Source of the DNA: Histomonas meleagridis 2922-C6/04-290x
Lineage: Eukaryota > Protista > Parabasalia
NCBI GenBank assembly: GCA_020184695.1
Contig: JAANOX010000098.1
Span: forward strand, 186,001 to 250,000
DNA: 64,000 nucleotides
Direction: 5' to 3'
Shown here piece by piece: positions 45,384 to 54,620 of this stretch. Position 1 is the first letter of the stretch; each line of letters opens with the position of its first letter. The position numbers were made by a program, and so were the translations under genes. The notes beneath the pieces are model-generated. The model saw only the letters and a program-made list of their open reading frames with translations. It did not search any database and was not told where the DNA came from.

Positions 45384-45686
45384 AGAGTAGAAATACAAAT
45401 ATTTTCTCAAAAAAAAATATATGTAGCAAAAAATTTCATTAGGTGAGTATATTACGAAGATAACTGCAGCTTCTGCAGAAGGTTGACATCAAAATCTTTT
45501 TCTCCTTGCAAAACATCGTTTTCCGGCAAAAACGGTTATATGTTCAAAAAAATTTACACACCACTTTTTCACAACATGAATCGGTTATAAACACTTCCTT
45601 TCAATATTGAATGATACTTTCAATATTTGAACGAGGTTGTAGAGAAAAAAATTGAAGCGTGCGACCACTTAAGCCGAGCCATTCGA

Positions 45687-46037
45687 ATGCTTTCCGTTCT
45701 AGCTTTGTTTCTACTTCATGCACAAAGTATTGAAAGAACAAAACAAAACCATGTTATAAATTTATTTGAAGCGGATAATACAACATCTGAAAGTTCTTCA
45801 ACTCAACAATCTGAAGCTCCATTGGAACCTGGAGATGAAATTGCACGTTACGTTTCTGTTTCCATTGCAGCACTTCTCCTTGTTGTTGTAATTGTGTTTG
45901 TGGTAATTTGGTATAAGCAACATCCAGAATGCATGAGAAAAGAAAATTCTGATGAACCAATTTCGATTAATTCGAATGAAGAAGAAGAGGCACCACAAGC
46001 AAATGAGTCTGAAGAGGCATCCCAGTCAACTGCTTAA
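45687..46037 (+). CDS. Small type I membrane protein
   Basis: Signal peptide MLSVLALFLL, TM helix YVSVSIAALLLVVVIVFVVIWY and an acidic tail. Confidence 0.7.
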   Translation: MLSVLALFLLHAQSIERTKQNHVINLFEADNTTSESSSTQQSEAPLEPGDEIARYVSVSIAALLLVVVIVFVVIWYKQHPECMRKENSDEPISINSNEEEEAPQANESEEASQSTA

Positions 46038-46785
46038 ATTGGATTGTTAAATTAATTTGATAAAGATAGATAGATAAATAAACAAATTCTATAAAATTAA
46101 TTTTCATAAAATGTTCGTAATCATTCTTTCATCTGTTTTATCAGGAATATATTGTTTTTATGGAATTTCAATATTTCTGGAAACATATTGCAAAAAAATT
46201 AATTTTAAAATCAGAAAATCGATATGTGTAAAAAAACTGATTAAATTTAATGGTTGAGTAAAACATTTTAGGTATTGTAGGGATTGAACCTTTAAAGATA
46301 ATTTCAATCAAGGATACAAAAAACAATTTAAAATCAAAAAAGTTTTGAGCACACCCTAAGGATGGGGATAGTGCATTCCACTTATGCTCAAATATAAAGA
46401 AAAATTGGTTTTCATTATTAAAAAAAATCACCCATTGAAAAAAGATTTTTTTCTAGAATGAATATTCATGCTGTTCTTACAAGCACATAAGAAAAAATGT
46501 TTTGCAACTTAAATCCGAATTATTTAATTGATAAAGCATATTTTATCATTGATAAAAACGAGATTTTTGATGGAAATATGAAATTTTAATATGGAATTGT
46601 TCACCTTCATTACAGTAGCTGTAAAATTCAGATTTGAAACGCAAGATAGCAAAAAACTCTTTGAACTGAACCTTTAGAACTGTTATTTTAATAGTTTACA
46701 AAGTCAAAAGCCATTTATTGCGCCGGTTTTTCCAACAAAATTTCAATTAATTTATTTGTGTTGTCGGTTTCACTTCACTTTCTTC

Positions 46786-47184
46786 ATGTTTGGATTCGGC
46801 ATGGGATTCGGTGGTGGCGACGGAATGGGCATGAGCGGCGGCCCAAACGGTATGTCTGCTGGTATGAACGTTGGTGGAGTTTCTATGGGAGCTGATGCAA
46901 AGATTGGAGGAACTCGTTCTGCACCAACACTCGCTGTTGATATGGGCGGAATGGGACTTGGAGTATCTGCTAGTGGCATCCCACTTTGCACACATGAAGT
47001 CCACCCAGGACAATGGACTCAAAACTTATACGAATGCAAGACATGCAACAAGAAGATCTGTGAAAATTGCTCTAACAATTGTCATAAGGGTCACAACGTT
47101 GTTTCATATGGTCGTGAAGATACTTTTGAATGTGATTGCGACAAAGAAAAGAAATGCACTCTCATCGATCATGATAAGAAATAA
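46786..47184 (+). CDS. Small protein with Gly/Met-rich N-terminus and UBR-box-type zinc finger
   Basis: CT...Q..YECKTC...ICENCSNNCHKGH.V....FECDC is the UBR-box pattern. Tandem TCACT at 46770-46779 precedes the ATG at 46786. Confidence 0.8.
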   Translation: MFGFGMGFGGGDGMGMSGGPNGMSAGMNVGGVSMGADAKIGGTRSAPTLAVDMGGMGLGVSASGIPLCTHEVHPGQWTQNLYECKTCNKKICENCSNNCHKGHNVVSYGREDTFECDCDKEKKCTLIDHDKK

Positions 47185-47701
47185 AAAAAAACTTTTTTGA
47201 ACCAATGAAATGAGGCGCTACTAAAAAAATACTTAAAAACCTAACAATGTTAATTTGACTGATAAATAGCGTTTGGCATGGAAGCTAATGCGAGCTGTCA
47301 ACGTAGCTCCCCTAATGGTAATGATACGAATAATGACCCAGACTATAATTTATTTGTGCAACCACTTTTGATTTATTTACTTTTATTTTGTTTGACATTT
47401 TGAATTTTGCAAAGGTTGACTTTAAGTTCTTTTACAATTTATTATAATCGTATTTTCCATTTTTTCTTTAGTTTTAACTTTTTCGGAAGTTTATATCCAA
47501 CAATTAACGTGCATAATTTAACGTTTTCGACACAACCAAAGAAGTTCAATTTGTCACCTCAATGAAACAGCCAAACGATGAAACTTTTTGAATTATCACC
47601 GGTATTTGTAACGTAACCCCCGAGAGCTTTTCAATTTAAAATCATGTCGTAAACCATTGTAAAATTGTGAACGAAATCACGACGGTTTTGGCACTTGATA
47701 T

Positions 47702-48385
47702 ATGTCTTGGAAAAACAATCTCAGAATAGTCAAAAGTACAATAAACTCTATGGGCGCAAACCAACTTAAAACGGAACAAACTATTATTCGTAACCTAAGT
47801 AGAAAATCTGCTACAAATAAAAAAGAAGGTGTAATATCAGATTTAGAAAATCTTACAATAATCGGATTGAAAAAACAAGCAAAAACAAAACTTTACACTG
47901 CAATTCAAAACATAGAAAATAATCCTGGGCATTGCCAAAAGGATCTTGATCTTCTTTTCTCATTTGGAGAACTTGAAAAAACAGGAATTGTAAAAAGGGA
48001 ATTAGGGAAAATTGCAAAGCAATATAAGACAGTCCAACTTTCACATGATATCAAACTTCTTTGTGAAACCGATAAATTAACTCCTAAAGATGTAGAAGAA
48101 TTTATTCCAAACCTCATTGAAATGTGTTCGTTAAACTCACTTTTCCTTAACCAAGTTTTCCGTGCAAGTCCACAATATTCTTTCCTTTCGGCTCCTCAAG
48201 AATGTTATGCACCACCTGCACAACCACAATACGCTCCACCACCACAACCACAATACGCTCCACCACCACCACCTTATGCACCTCCTCCACAACCATCGCC
48301 ATATGCTCAACCACCTCCTCAACAACCATATTTTTATCCTCCACCTCCACAATATTACCAACAACCACCACCGGGACCTTACTAA
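47702..48385 (+). CDS. Helical protein with Pro/Tyr/Gln-rich tail; possibly a divergent IST1-like ESCRT-III factor
   Basis: The ATG-initiated 227-aa ORF is well supported. The helical core has only weak resemblance to IST1, and the tail has YAPPPQPQ repeats. The family call is tentative. Confidence 0.55.
   Translation: MSWKNNLRIVKSTINSMGANQLKTEQTIIRNLSRKSATNKKEGVISDLENLTIIGLKKQAKTKLYTAIQNIENNPGHCQKDLDLLFSFGELEKTGIVKRELGKIAKQYKTVQLSHDIKLLCETDKLTPKDVEEFIPNLIEMCSLNSLFLNQVFRASPQYSFLSAPQECYAPPAQPQYAPPPQPQYAPPPPPYAPPPQPSPYAQPPPQQPYFYPPPPQYYQQPPPGPY
48205..48380 (+). repeat. Coding YAPPPQPQ / PPPY repeats
   Basis: Repeated CAACCACAATACGCTCCACCACCA units and related CCA-rich degenerate copies. Confidence 0.8.
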
Positions 48386-48599
48386 CTATGTAGTTCAAGA
48401 GATTTATACTCTTGAATAAGTATGATGAATAAATCAATTTTCCAAAATTAATTTTTGTTCTTTTCAACAAAAAGGCTTTAAAATTACAAAGTGAAATTTA
48501 GAAGAAGAACACATCAGATCTGTAGAAATAACAAATTTTTTTGGAGAGTTCGAATTTTTTTTTTTTGATTTTGTCACTTTTGCCGAAGTTTTGCAATGT

Positions 48600-49811
48600 A
48601 TGAGAAAAAAAATTATAGAATATATAACAATGCTTTGCCTTTTTTCATCGCTTTCGTTCAGCTATACATATCAACAATGCGTTGCTACAACAAAGCTTGC
48701 ACCACCAATCGAAGGTGCTAACCTTATCCAGGTTCAAGTTATAATTCGCCATGGATCACGTACCCCAGGAACAGATTTCTTTAATTCTTCAAAAGAGCAA
48801 GAATGGATATGTGACTCAGAAGCATCCGCTGCTCCACGCGTACATTCTGCACCAGTTAAATATCCTAGAGATTATATTGAGAATTTAGATGATCGTCTTG
48901 CTGAATATAAGCCAAATTGTAGAGCTAAAGACCTCCTTGTTTCAGGTGTTGAACAACATGTTGAACTTGGACGTACTTATGCAAAACGATATGTTGAAGA
49001 ATTGAAAGTTCTTCCAGAACATTTCAATCCTAGATATGTCTATGTTAGAGCCACAGAACTCGATCGTACAATCCGATCAGCAATATCATTTCTTCAAGGA
49101 ATGTATTCACCAGTTAATCCAAATGAAGTCATTAACATGGTCACAGATAACGATGCAGCAGGAATTCTCCATCCCTCAGAAGAATGGTGTTCTGAGATCA
49201 AGAGCATAACCACGGATTTATACACTCTTCCAATTTTCCAAGATTATTTCAATGAATTCACAACGAAATATCAATCCAAATATGGGAGCGAAGTCAAAAG
49301 TTGGGATGCCAAAAGTGTTAAGAAGTTCTGTTCTTACATTTTAATGACATCTTGTACCAATCACACACTTCCTGAGCGAATTTCTGCTGATTTCCAACAA
49401 GATTGTCAGAAGCTTGTCAACAATTATCAGTTCATGCAACATGATAACGACAAGTACAGAGGCGTCGCGTCATCGCCTTTGTTCAGAGAGATGTTCAGAA
49501 TCGCCGATGAAGCAATTTCAATGCAAAACGATTACCGTTTCGCACTTTTGAGTTCACATGACTCCGGTTTGTCAGCGGTTTTGTCGACGCTTGGGTTCGA
49601 CTATAAGAATAAGGACGCAATTCCTGTGAGGGCTCACTTGGATTTCGAGTTGTGGGAAATTAATAACGATGTGTATGGTAGGTTCGTCTATAATGGCGAT
49701 GTGCTTAAAGTTCCTTATATGGGAAATGAAACTTTCTTATATGCAAACTTAAAGACTGAAATGGCAAGCAGAGGTTACTTAAGCCATTGCTATATTCCTG
49801 AATGGGCATAA
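48600..49811 (+). CDS. Histidine acid phosphatase (secreted/lysosomal type)
   Basis: Catalytic RHGSRTP, RATELDRTIRSA and SSHDS motifs plus a signal peptide. Start is ATG 48600 or 48630. Confidence 0.93.
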   Translation: MRKKIIEYITMLCLFSSLSFSYTYQQCVATTKLAPPIEGANLIQVQVIIRHGSRTPGTDFFNSSKEQEWICDSEASAAPRVHSAPVKYPRDYIENLDDRLAEYKPNCRAKDLLVSGVEQHVELGRTYAKRYVEELKVLPEHFNPRYVYVRATELDRTIRSAISFLQGMYSPVNPNEVINMVTDNDAAGILHPSEEWCSEIKSITTDLYTLPIFQDYFNEFTTKYQSKYGSEVKSWDAKSVKKFCSYILMTSCTNHTLPERISADFQQDCQKLVNNYQFMQHDNDKYRGVASSPLFREMFRIADEAISMQNDYRFALLSSHDSGLSAVLSTLGFDYKNKDAIPVRAHLDFELWEINNDVYGRFVYNGDVLKVPYMGNETFLYANLKTEMASRGYLSHCYIPEWA

Positions 49812-50158
49812 TGTCAATAAACATTATTTTATTTTAAATATGAATATTCCAATTTAATTGTTCTTTTTAGATGTTGAATCAACTAATTTTGTTTGAGCTG
49901 TATTTAAGATAAGTGAAGCATTTTCAATTGTTTAATCAAACATTTTATGTAAATTTTGTATGTAAAAACTCATTTTTAATCATCCTTTTTATAATTCTTA
50001 AAATTAATTATAATTAATCCTTTATTTCCCTGTATTTCAAACATTTGGTGATTAAAAACTTTAAATATCCTTAAAATAAGAAGAAAGTTAAGTAATAAAA
50101 AAAAATGAAATTATTTGAATAAATTTTAATCACAAAATATTTTATAATTTGACTCATT

Positions 50159-51001
50159 TCATGCCAAGTTTATTGCATTTGGGCTATTAACATTACAAAC
50201 AACAACTCCTGGATTGACAGTTGGAATCGATGCTTTGAAGTTCAGGTCGTGGCATATCTCAAGGACAAGCGGCCTCAGAACAGGGACATTTCCGGCAGAG
50301 TGATTTCCGACTCCGGTGATAAAGTGGATTATTGCAACATTATTTTTTTGAGCATTCTTAAGTGCTTCAATAACAATATATCTGGCTTGTGTAGAGCCAA
50401 TACCATGCAAATCGATTGTCTGTACGGTGTCTTTTTCTTTTATATTAGGTGTTGATTGATTATCTATTTCATCTGATTTCTTTTCATTTGTAGTTGATGG
50501 CAAGTAATCACTTGAATCAATGTAGTATTGATAAGGAGTTTCTGGAAGAGGATTTGTACAACCTCTTAAATCGATAGGTTTCAAATTTGGTTTTGGTTTT
50601 GAAATTGGTTCTATTTTAATATTTATTTCTGGCTCATCGCTATACTGAGATGAATATGAATCATAGTCTTCAAATTCTTGCTTTTTTTCTTCGAGTGTTT
50701 TTGGATTTGCGTATAAATAACTAACTGCCTCATCAATATCATTATTTGATTTATTGAGAGCTTCTAGCCTTTGTTCATCTGTAAAATCAGGGAAAATTTC
50801 TTTTAAAACAGCTAAGTTTCTTTTTTGGATATATTCTTTTGAGTATTTTCCTTTTAGAAATTCGACCGCTTCATTAAAAGGGAGTTCGAGTATTGCCTTT
50901 TTGCATTCTTCAATTGGTGCATCAGGTATTAATGAGTGTAACTTTGCGCAAGTAAAATCCAAATTCCTATCAAAGAAAAGTGACTTAGCACTTTTACACA
51001 A
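50159..51001 (-). CDS. CUE/UBA-like + Smr domain protein (Cue2/N4BP2-like endonuclease); start codon unresolved
   Basis: LKEIFPD...EALNKSNNDIDEAVSYL (CUE-like); IDLHG...FITGVGNHS...LRP...NPG (Smr). There is no in-frame ATG anywhere in the open frame. Confidence 0.85.
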   Translation of the reverse strand: MCKSAKSLFFDRNLDFTCAKLHSLIPDAPIEECKKAILELPFNEAVEFLKGKYSKEYIQKRNLAVLKEIFPDFTDEQRLEALNKSNNDIDEAVSYLYANPKTLEEKKQEFEDYDSYSSQYSDEPEINIKIEPISKPKPNLKPIDLRGCTNPLPETPYQYYIDSSDYLPSTTNEKKSDEIDNQSTPNIKEKDTVQTIDLHGIGSTQARYIVIEALKNAQKNNVAIIHFITGVGNHSAGNVPVLRPLVLEICHDLNFKASIPTVNPGVVVCNVNSPNAINLA

Positions 51002-51412
51002 AAGAATTGAATGTTTTATTAAACGGCCATTTTACTTCCAAATAAATAAATAAATAACATTTTCATGAAAATATATAAGGCTATCTCATGTAAAATAACA
51101 TTTTGTTTTTATATCTATGTACTTCAAAATTATATTTCTAGATTTAATTTTTTTTTTAGAAAATCTTTAATAAAAGTTTTATCCAAAAATGTATAATAAA
51201 AAAAAGAAAATTTTATTAAATAAATAATGTTTAGAACGAAGAAGCATTTCAATATTAATATTGAATTGGAAAGAGAAAAAAATGTTTAAAACATTTCTCA
51301 AAAAAACATTCGAATATACAAATACAAACAATTTTTTATTAATAAAATCAAATAAAAATTGCAATCCGCACTAACAAAATTTAAGCAATAAACAAATGTA
51401 TAAAATTTATTC

Positions 51413-53854
51413 TTAATTTGCGTTTAACATTTTTCTCCGGAACATAATTATTTGTCTTCCAACTCTTTCAAGTTCTTTCACATCCGCGTCTGGGTTTAAG
51501 AACAATTGTTTAAAGTACAAACAATTTTCGTTACTATTATTCTCATTTAATCCACTTAAAATGAAGTTAATCACAGACTCAGGTTCGAAGTAATTAAACG
51601 CTATACATCTTAAAACTTGTAAAGAGCAAGAAATTACTGAAGAATTCACATAAGAAAACAACAACTCAACTATTCTTCTCATTATAACCTCAGCTATTTC
51701 CTTTGGTATTTGAAGGTTTTGCATAATTAACAACAACAATTTTAATGTTGATGAAATTATTTCGGTATTATTTGAATTTAATAAAGACAAAATCATAAAA
51801 ATATCGAAACATTGAAAGAACAAATCTGATTTTTGTTTCAAGAAAACTTCGAAGAATTTAATAATCTCCAAAATTAATTGTGGGTCAACGTCCATACTAA
51901 TTAATGATATAACGACATTTGAGATGTTATCATTTGGTAAGAATTCAATCAAATAAGAAAGAATTCGAAAGTGTACAGGCAATGGATTATTATGTAATAT
52001 GTTACACAGCCATTCCATTATTTGTTTCTTATTCGAAATCCATTTTTTATTTAATGCTTCTTCAACTATTGATCCCAAAAAACTTTGGATATTATCATTT
52101 GGTTTATTCCAAAATATATTTAATGATTCAACGACTTTATCAAATAATGATTGGAAAAAATCAACAAAAATTTTCGGGAATTCAACATTCGTCGAAGTAC
52201 TTGAAATAACAGTAATGATAAAGTCATGATAAACATTTAAGAACTCGGAATTATTGGAATTTAATATTTGTCCAATACATCGAACAAAGTTATATCCAAT
52301 TCCTTGTAATATTACTTCGATTTGTTGATTGTTTTCATACTTACCTAATGGTAATATAGTAAACAATGATGATAAAAGATATTTACAAACTTGAAAAGGC
52401 GATGAATTTAATGCAAAGATTAATGGAGTTACATAATCATTGAAATTCATTAAAAATAATTGTGGAAAACATTTGGACAATTTATACATAGTTTCAGAGC
52501 CTTCTAAAAATGAATTAGAAAACATTTGATATGTTCGCGTTATCATATTAATAGCAACTTCTTGTGTCGTTACACATTTAGCACATTTCTTAATAAAAAC
52601 AAAAAACGTTTGACAATTATCAGGTATTAAACTTAATAATGGAATAACGAATTGTGAACGAATAATTTTTGGTAAATATGAAATTACATATATTAAACCA
52701 TTCGTAATGTTTTGTAATCGAACTTGTATATAATTTAAAAAGATTTCGGGATTAATAGATGTTAAATTACGAATGATATCATTCATTCGTTTATCACAAA
52801 AAAACAAATTTTTATCAATTAAATTAATAATGTAATCAAGTAATTGGATACCAAACGGAATCATTTCTTCGTTTTTACTTATAATGATTCCAAAAAGTGA
52901 TGCTGCGTAATCCAAAATAATAAAAAACTCATCAGGAACTATCAAAAAATTATTAAGTTCTTTTAATAGAATAGAAAATAAATTAAATGTATATCGTATT
53001 AATGATGATCGTGAAAAAAAATCATTGCCAAACTCTAAAGTAGTACACCATATAAATGATGAACATTGAACTTGTAAAATGTTTTTGGGCGCTTTCATTA
53101 AATATGAAGAATATGATATCATATGTGAAATTAACTTCAGAATATATGAGATTTGATTTTGGTCAAAGTTTATGGCTTCGATTTGTAATATCGATTCATA
53201 TAATGATAAAACTTGTGGTACAAACTCTGGCTTCCGTAAGGAATTAAATACACGTGGAAGTAATGGAGTGAAAATAGAAAGGTCTGGGGAGTTAAGAATC
53301 GCTTGGGCATGAAGAGAAAACCAATTTTGATTGATGGGTGCATATGTTAAGAGTTCAATTATTAATGGAATTAAACCTAGAATTCGATCTGTGTTCTTTT
53401 CACAATCATCATTACACCTGGAATGAAAATCAAAGATGAAATCATAAAAAATTAATTTGCTTAAAGGTGATTCATTGCAAAATTTGGATTCATAATTGGG
53501 TTCACGAAAAGAAATGTATGACATGATCCGAATAATAGAGGTTTCGCTTGGGGTGTTTGGTTGGTTTAAAACAGAATGAAGGCGTTCATGACATATTGTA
53601 AATATTTTTTCAATTAATTCTGAAGTAAATGCTGAATAATTGTTCATTAAATGTTTTAAAATTGCTGAGGCAGAAAAAAATGCTAAGAGTTGGTTGGGTG
53701 ATATAGATAAGGCTTCTAAAGAAATTGGAATTGATTCAGGCGCTAATCCCCAATTTTGTATAAATTCATGTGCAGAAGCACGATCTACTTCGTTTGTTGC
53801 TGGAGAACAAAATACTGATATTGCCGATTCTAATCTTTGTAGAGGAGAAATCAT
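51413..53854 (-). CDS. Importin-beta/karyopherin-family HEAT-repeat protein (divergent)
   Basis: N-terminal AISVFC...RASAHEFIQNW...FFSASAILKHL..NY resembles the IBN_N domain. The rest is helical. First ATG is at 53854. Confidence 0.6.
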   Translation of the reverse strand: MISPLQRLESAISVFCSPATNEVDRASAHEFIQNWGLAPESIPISLEALSISPNQLLAFFSASAILKHLMNNYSAFTSELIEKIFTICHERLHSVLNQPNTPSETSIIRIMSYISFREPNYESKFCNESPLSKLIFYDFIFDFHSRCNDDCEKNTDRILGLIPLIIELLTYAPINQNWFSLHAQAILNSPDLSIFTPLLPRVFNSLRKPEFVPQVLSLYESILQIEAINFDQNQISYILKLISHMISYSSYLMKAPKNILQVQCSSFIWCTTLEFGNDFFSRSSLIRYTFNLFSILLKELNNFLIVPDEFFIILDYAASLFGIIISKNEEMIPFGIQLLDYIINLIDKNLFFCDKRMNDIIRNLTSINPEIFLNYIQVRLQNITNGLIYVISYLPKIIRSQFVIPLLSLIPDNCQTFFVFIKKCAKCVTTQEVAINMITRTYQMFSNSFLEGSETMYKLSKCFPQLFLMNFNDYVTPLIFALNSSPFQVCKYLLSSLFTILPLGKYENNQQIEVILQGIGYNFVRCIGQILNSNNSEFLNVYHDFIITVISSTSTNVEFPKIFVDFFQSLFDKVVESLNIFWNKPNDNIQSFLGSIVEEALNKKWISNKKQIMEWLCNILHNNPLPVHFRILSYLIEFLPNDNISNVVISLISMDVDPQLILEIIKFFEVFLKQKSDLFFQCFDIFMILSLLNSNNTEIISSTLKLLLLIMQNLQIPKEIAEVIMRRIVELLFSYVNSSVISCSLQVLRCIAFNYFEPESVINFILSGLNENNSNENCLYFKQLFLNPDADVKELERVGRQIIMFRRKMLNAN

Positions 53855-54620
53855 TAAAATCTTGTAAAATTTATCCAAACGAACCCGTTTAATTTATGAT
53901 AAGAAAAAAAGTTACAAAATAGAACAAAAATATTCCCTTCAAATAAATAAATTAATAAAATATAAAATCAAAGTGAGTATAAAATAATACTGAGCTATAT
54001 TGAATAACGCTTTATAATGTAAAATGAATACATTTTATGAAAGTGAGTTTAATAAAAGGATTTATGTATGATGAAACAATTTTGCATTCGCTTTTTATTT
54101 AAAAGTTTTTTGAAATGTTACCTCTAAAAGTAGAAACTTAATTCCATTTTATTTTGAAGTAAATTAAAAAACATGGGTAGTACATCTTGTTATTAAATTT
54201 CATACAGAAATTTTGTTTTTTGTAATTTTAGTTTTGTAATATTACTTCATAACAAAATAAAGACACACAAAACTATTGGAAAAAATAGAAATTTCATCTT
54301 TTTTTGCTTTTTTCAAAATATGAACAATAGCTAAAAAATTAAAAAAAGATCCAATGTATTTTATATTATATGAAATATGATAATTTTTATTAAAATTTTA
54401 CAACTTTTATATTACAATGGTTGTCAAATACCTTCTTTATGATATAAAATGATATTCCAATATTTATGTAATGTTTCACTTTTTAAACTTCTTTGTAAAC
54501 TATTTAAAATTGAAAACGTATAAACCGTTGATGATTTGAAGCAAAAATAGGAATTTCTATCGGCGCGATCAAAAAGTTAATAAAGAGATAAACCATTCGA
54601 AAGATCGCAATAATCATTTT

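Noticed and set aside
46270-46356. tRNA-like GGTTCAATCC T-loop on the minus strand
   Set aside because: The T-stem pairs only 3 of 5, the D-loop lacks GG and there is no anticodon arm. A cloverleaf is not supportable by eye.
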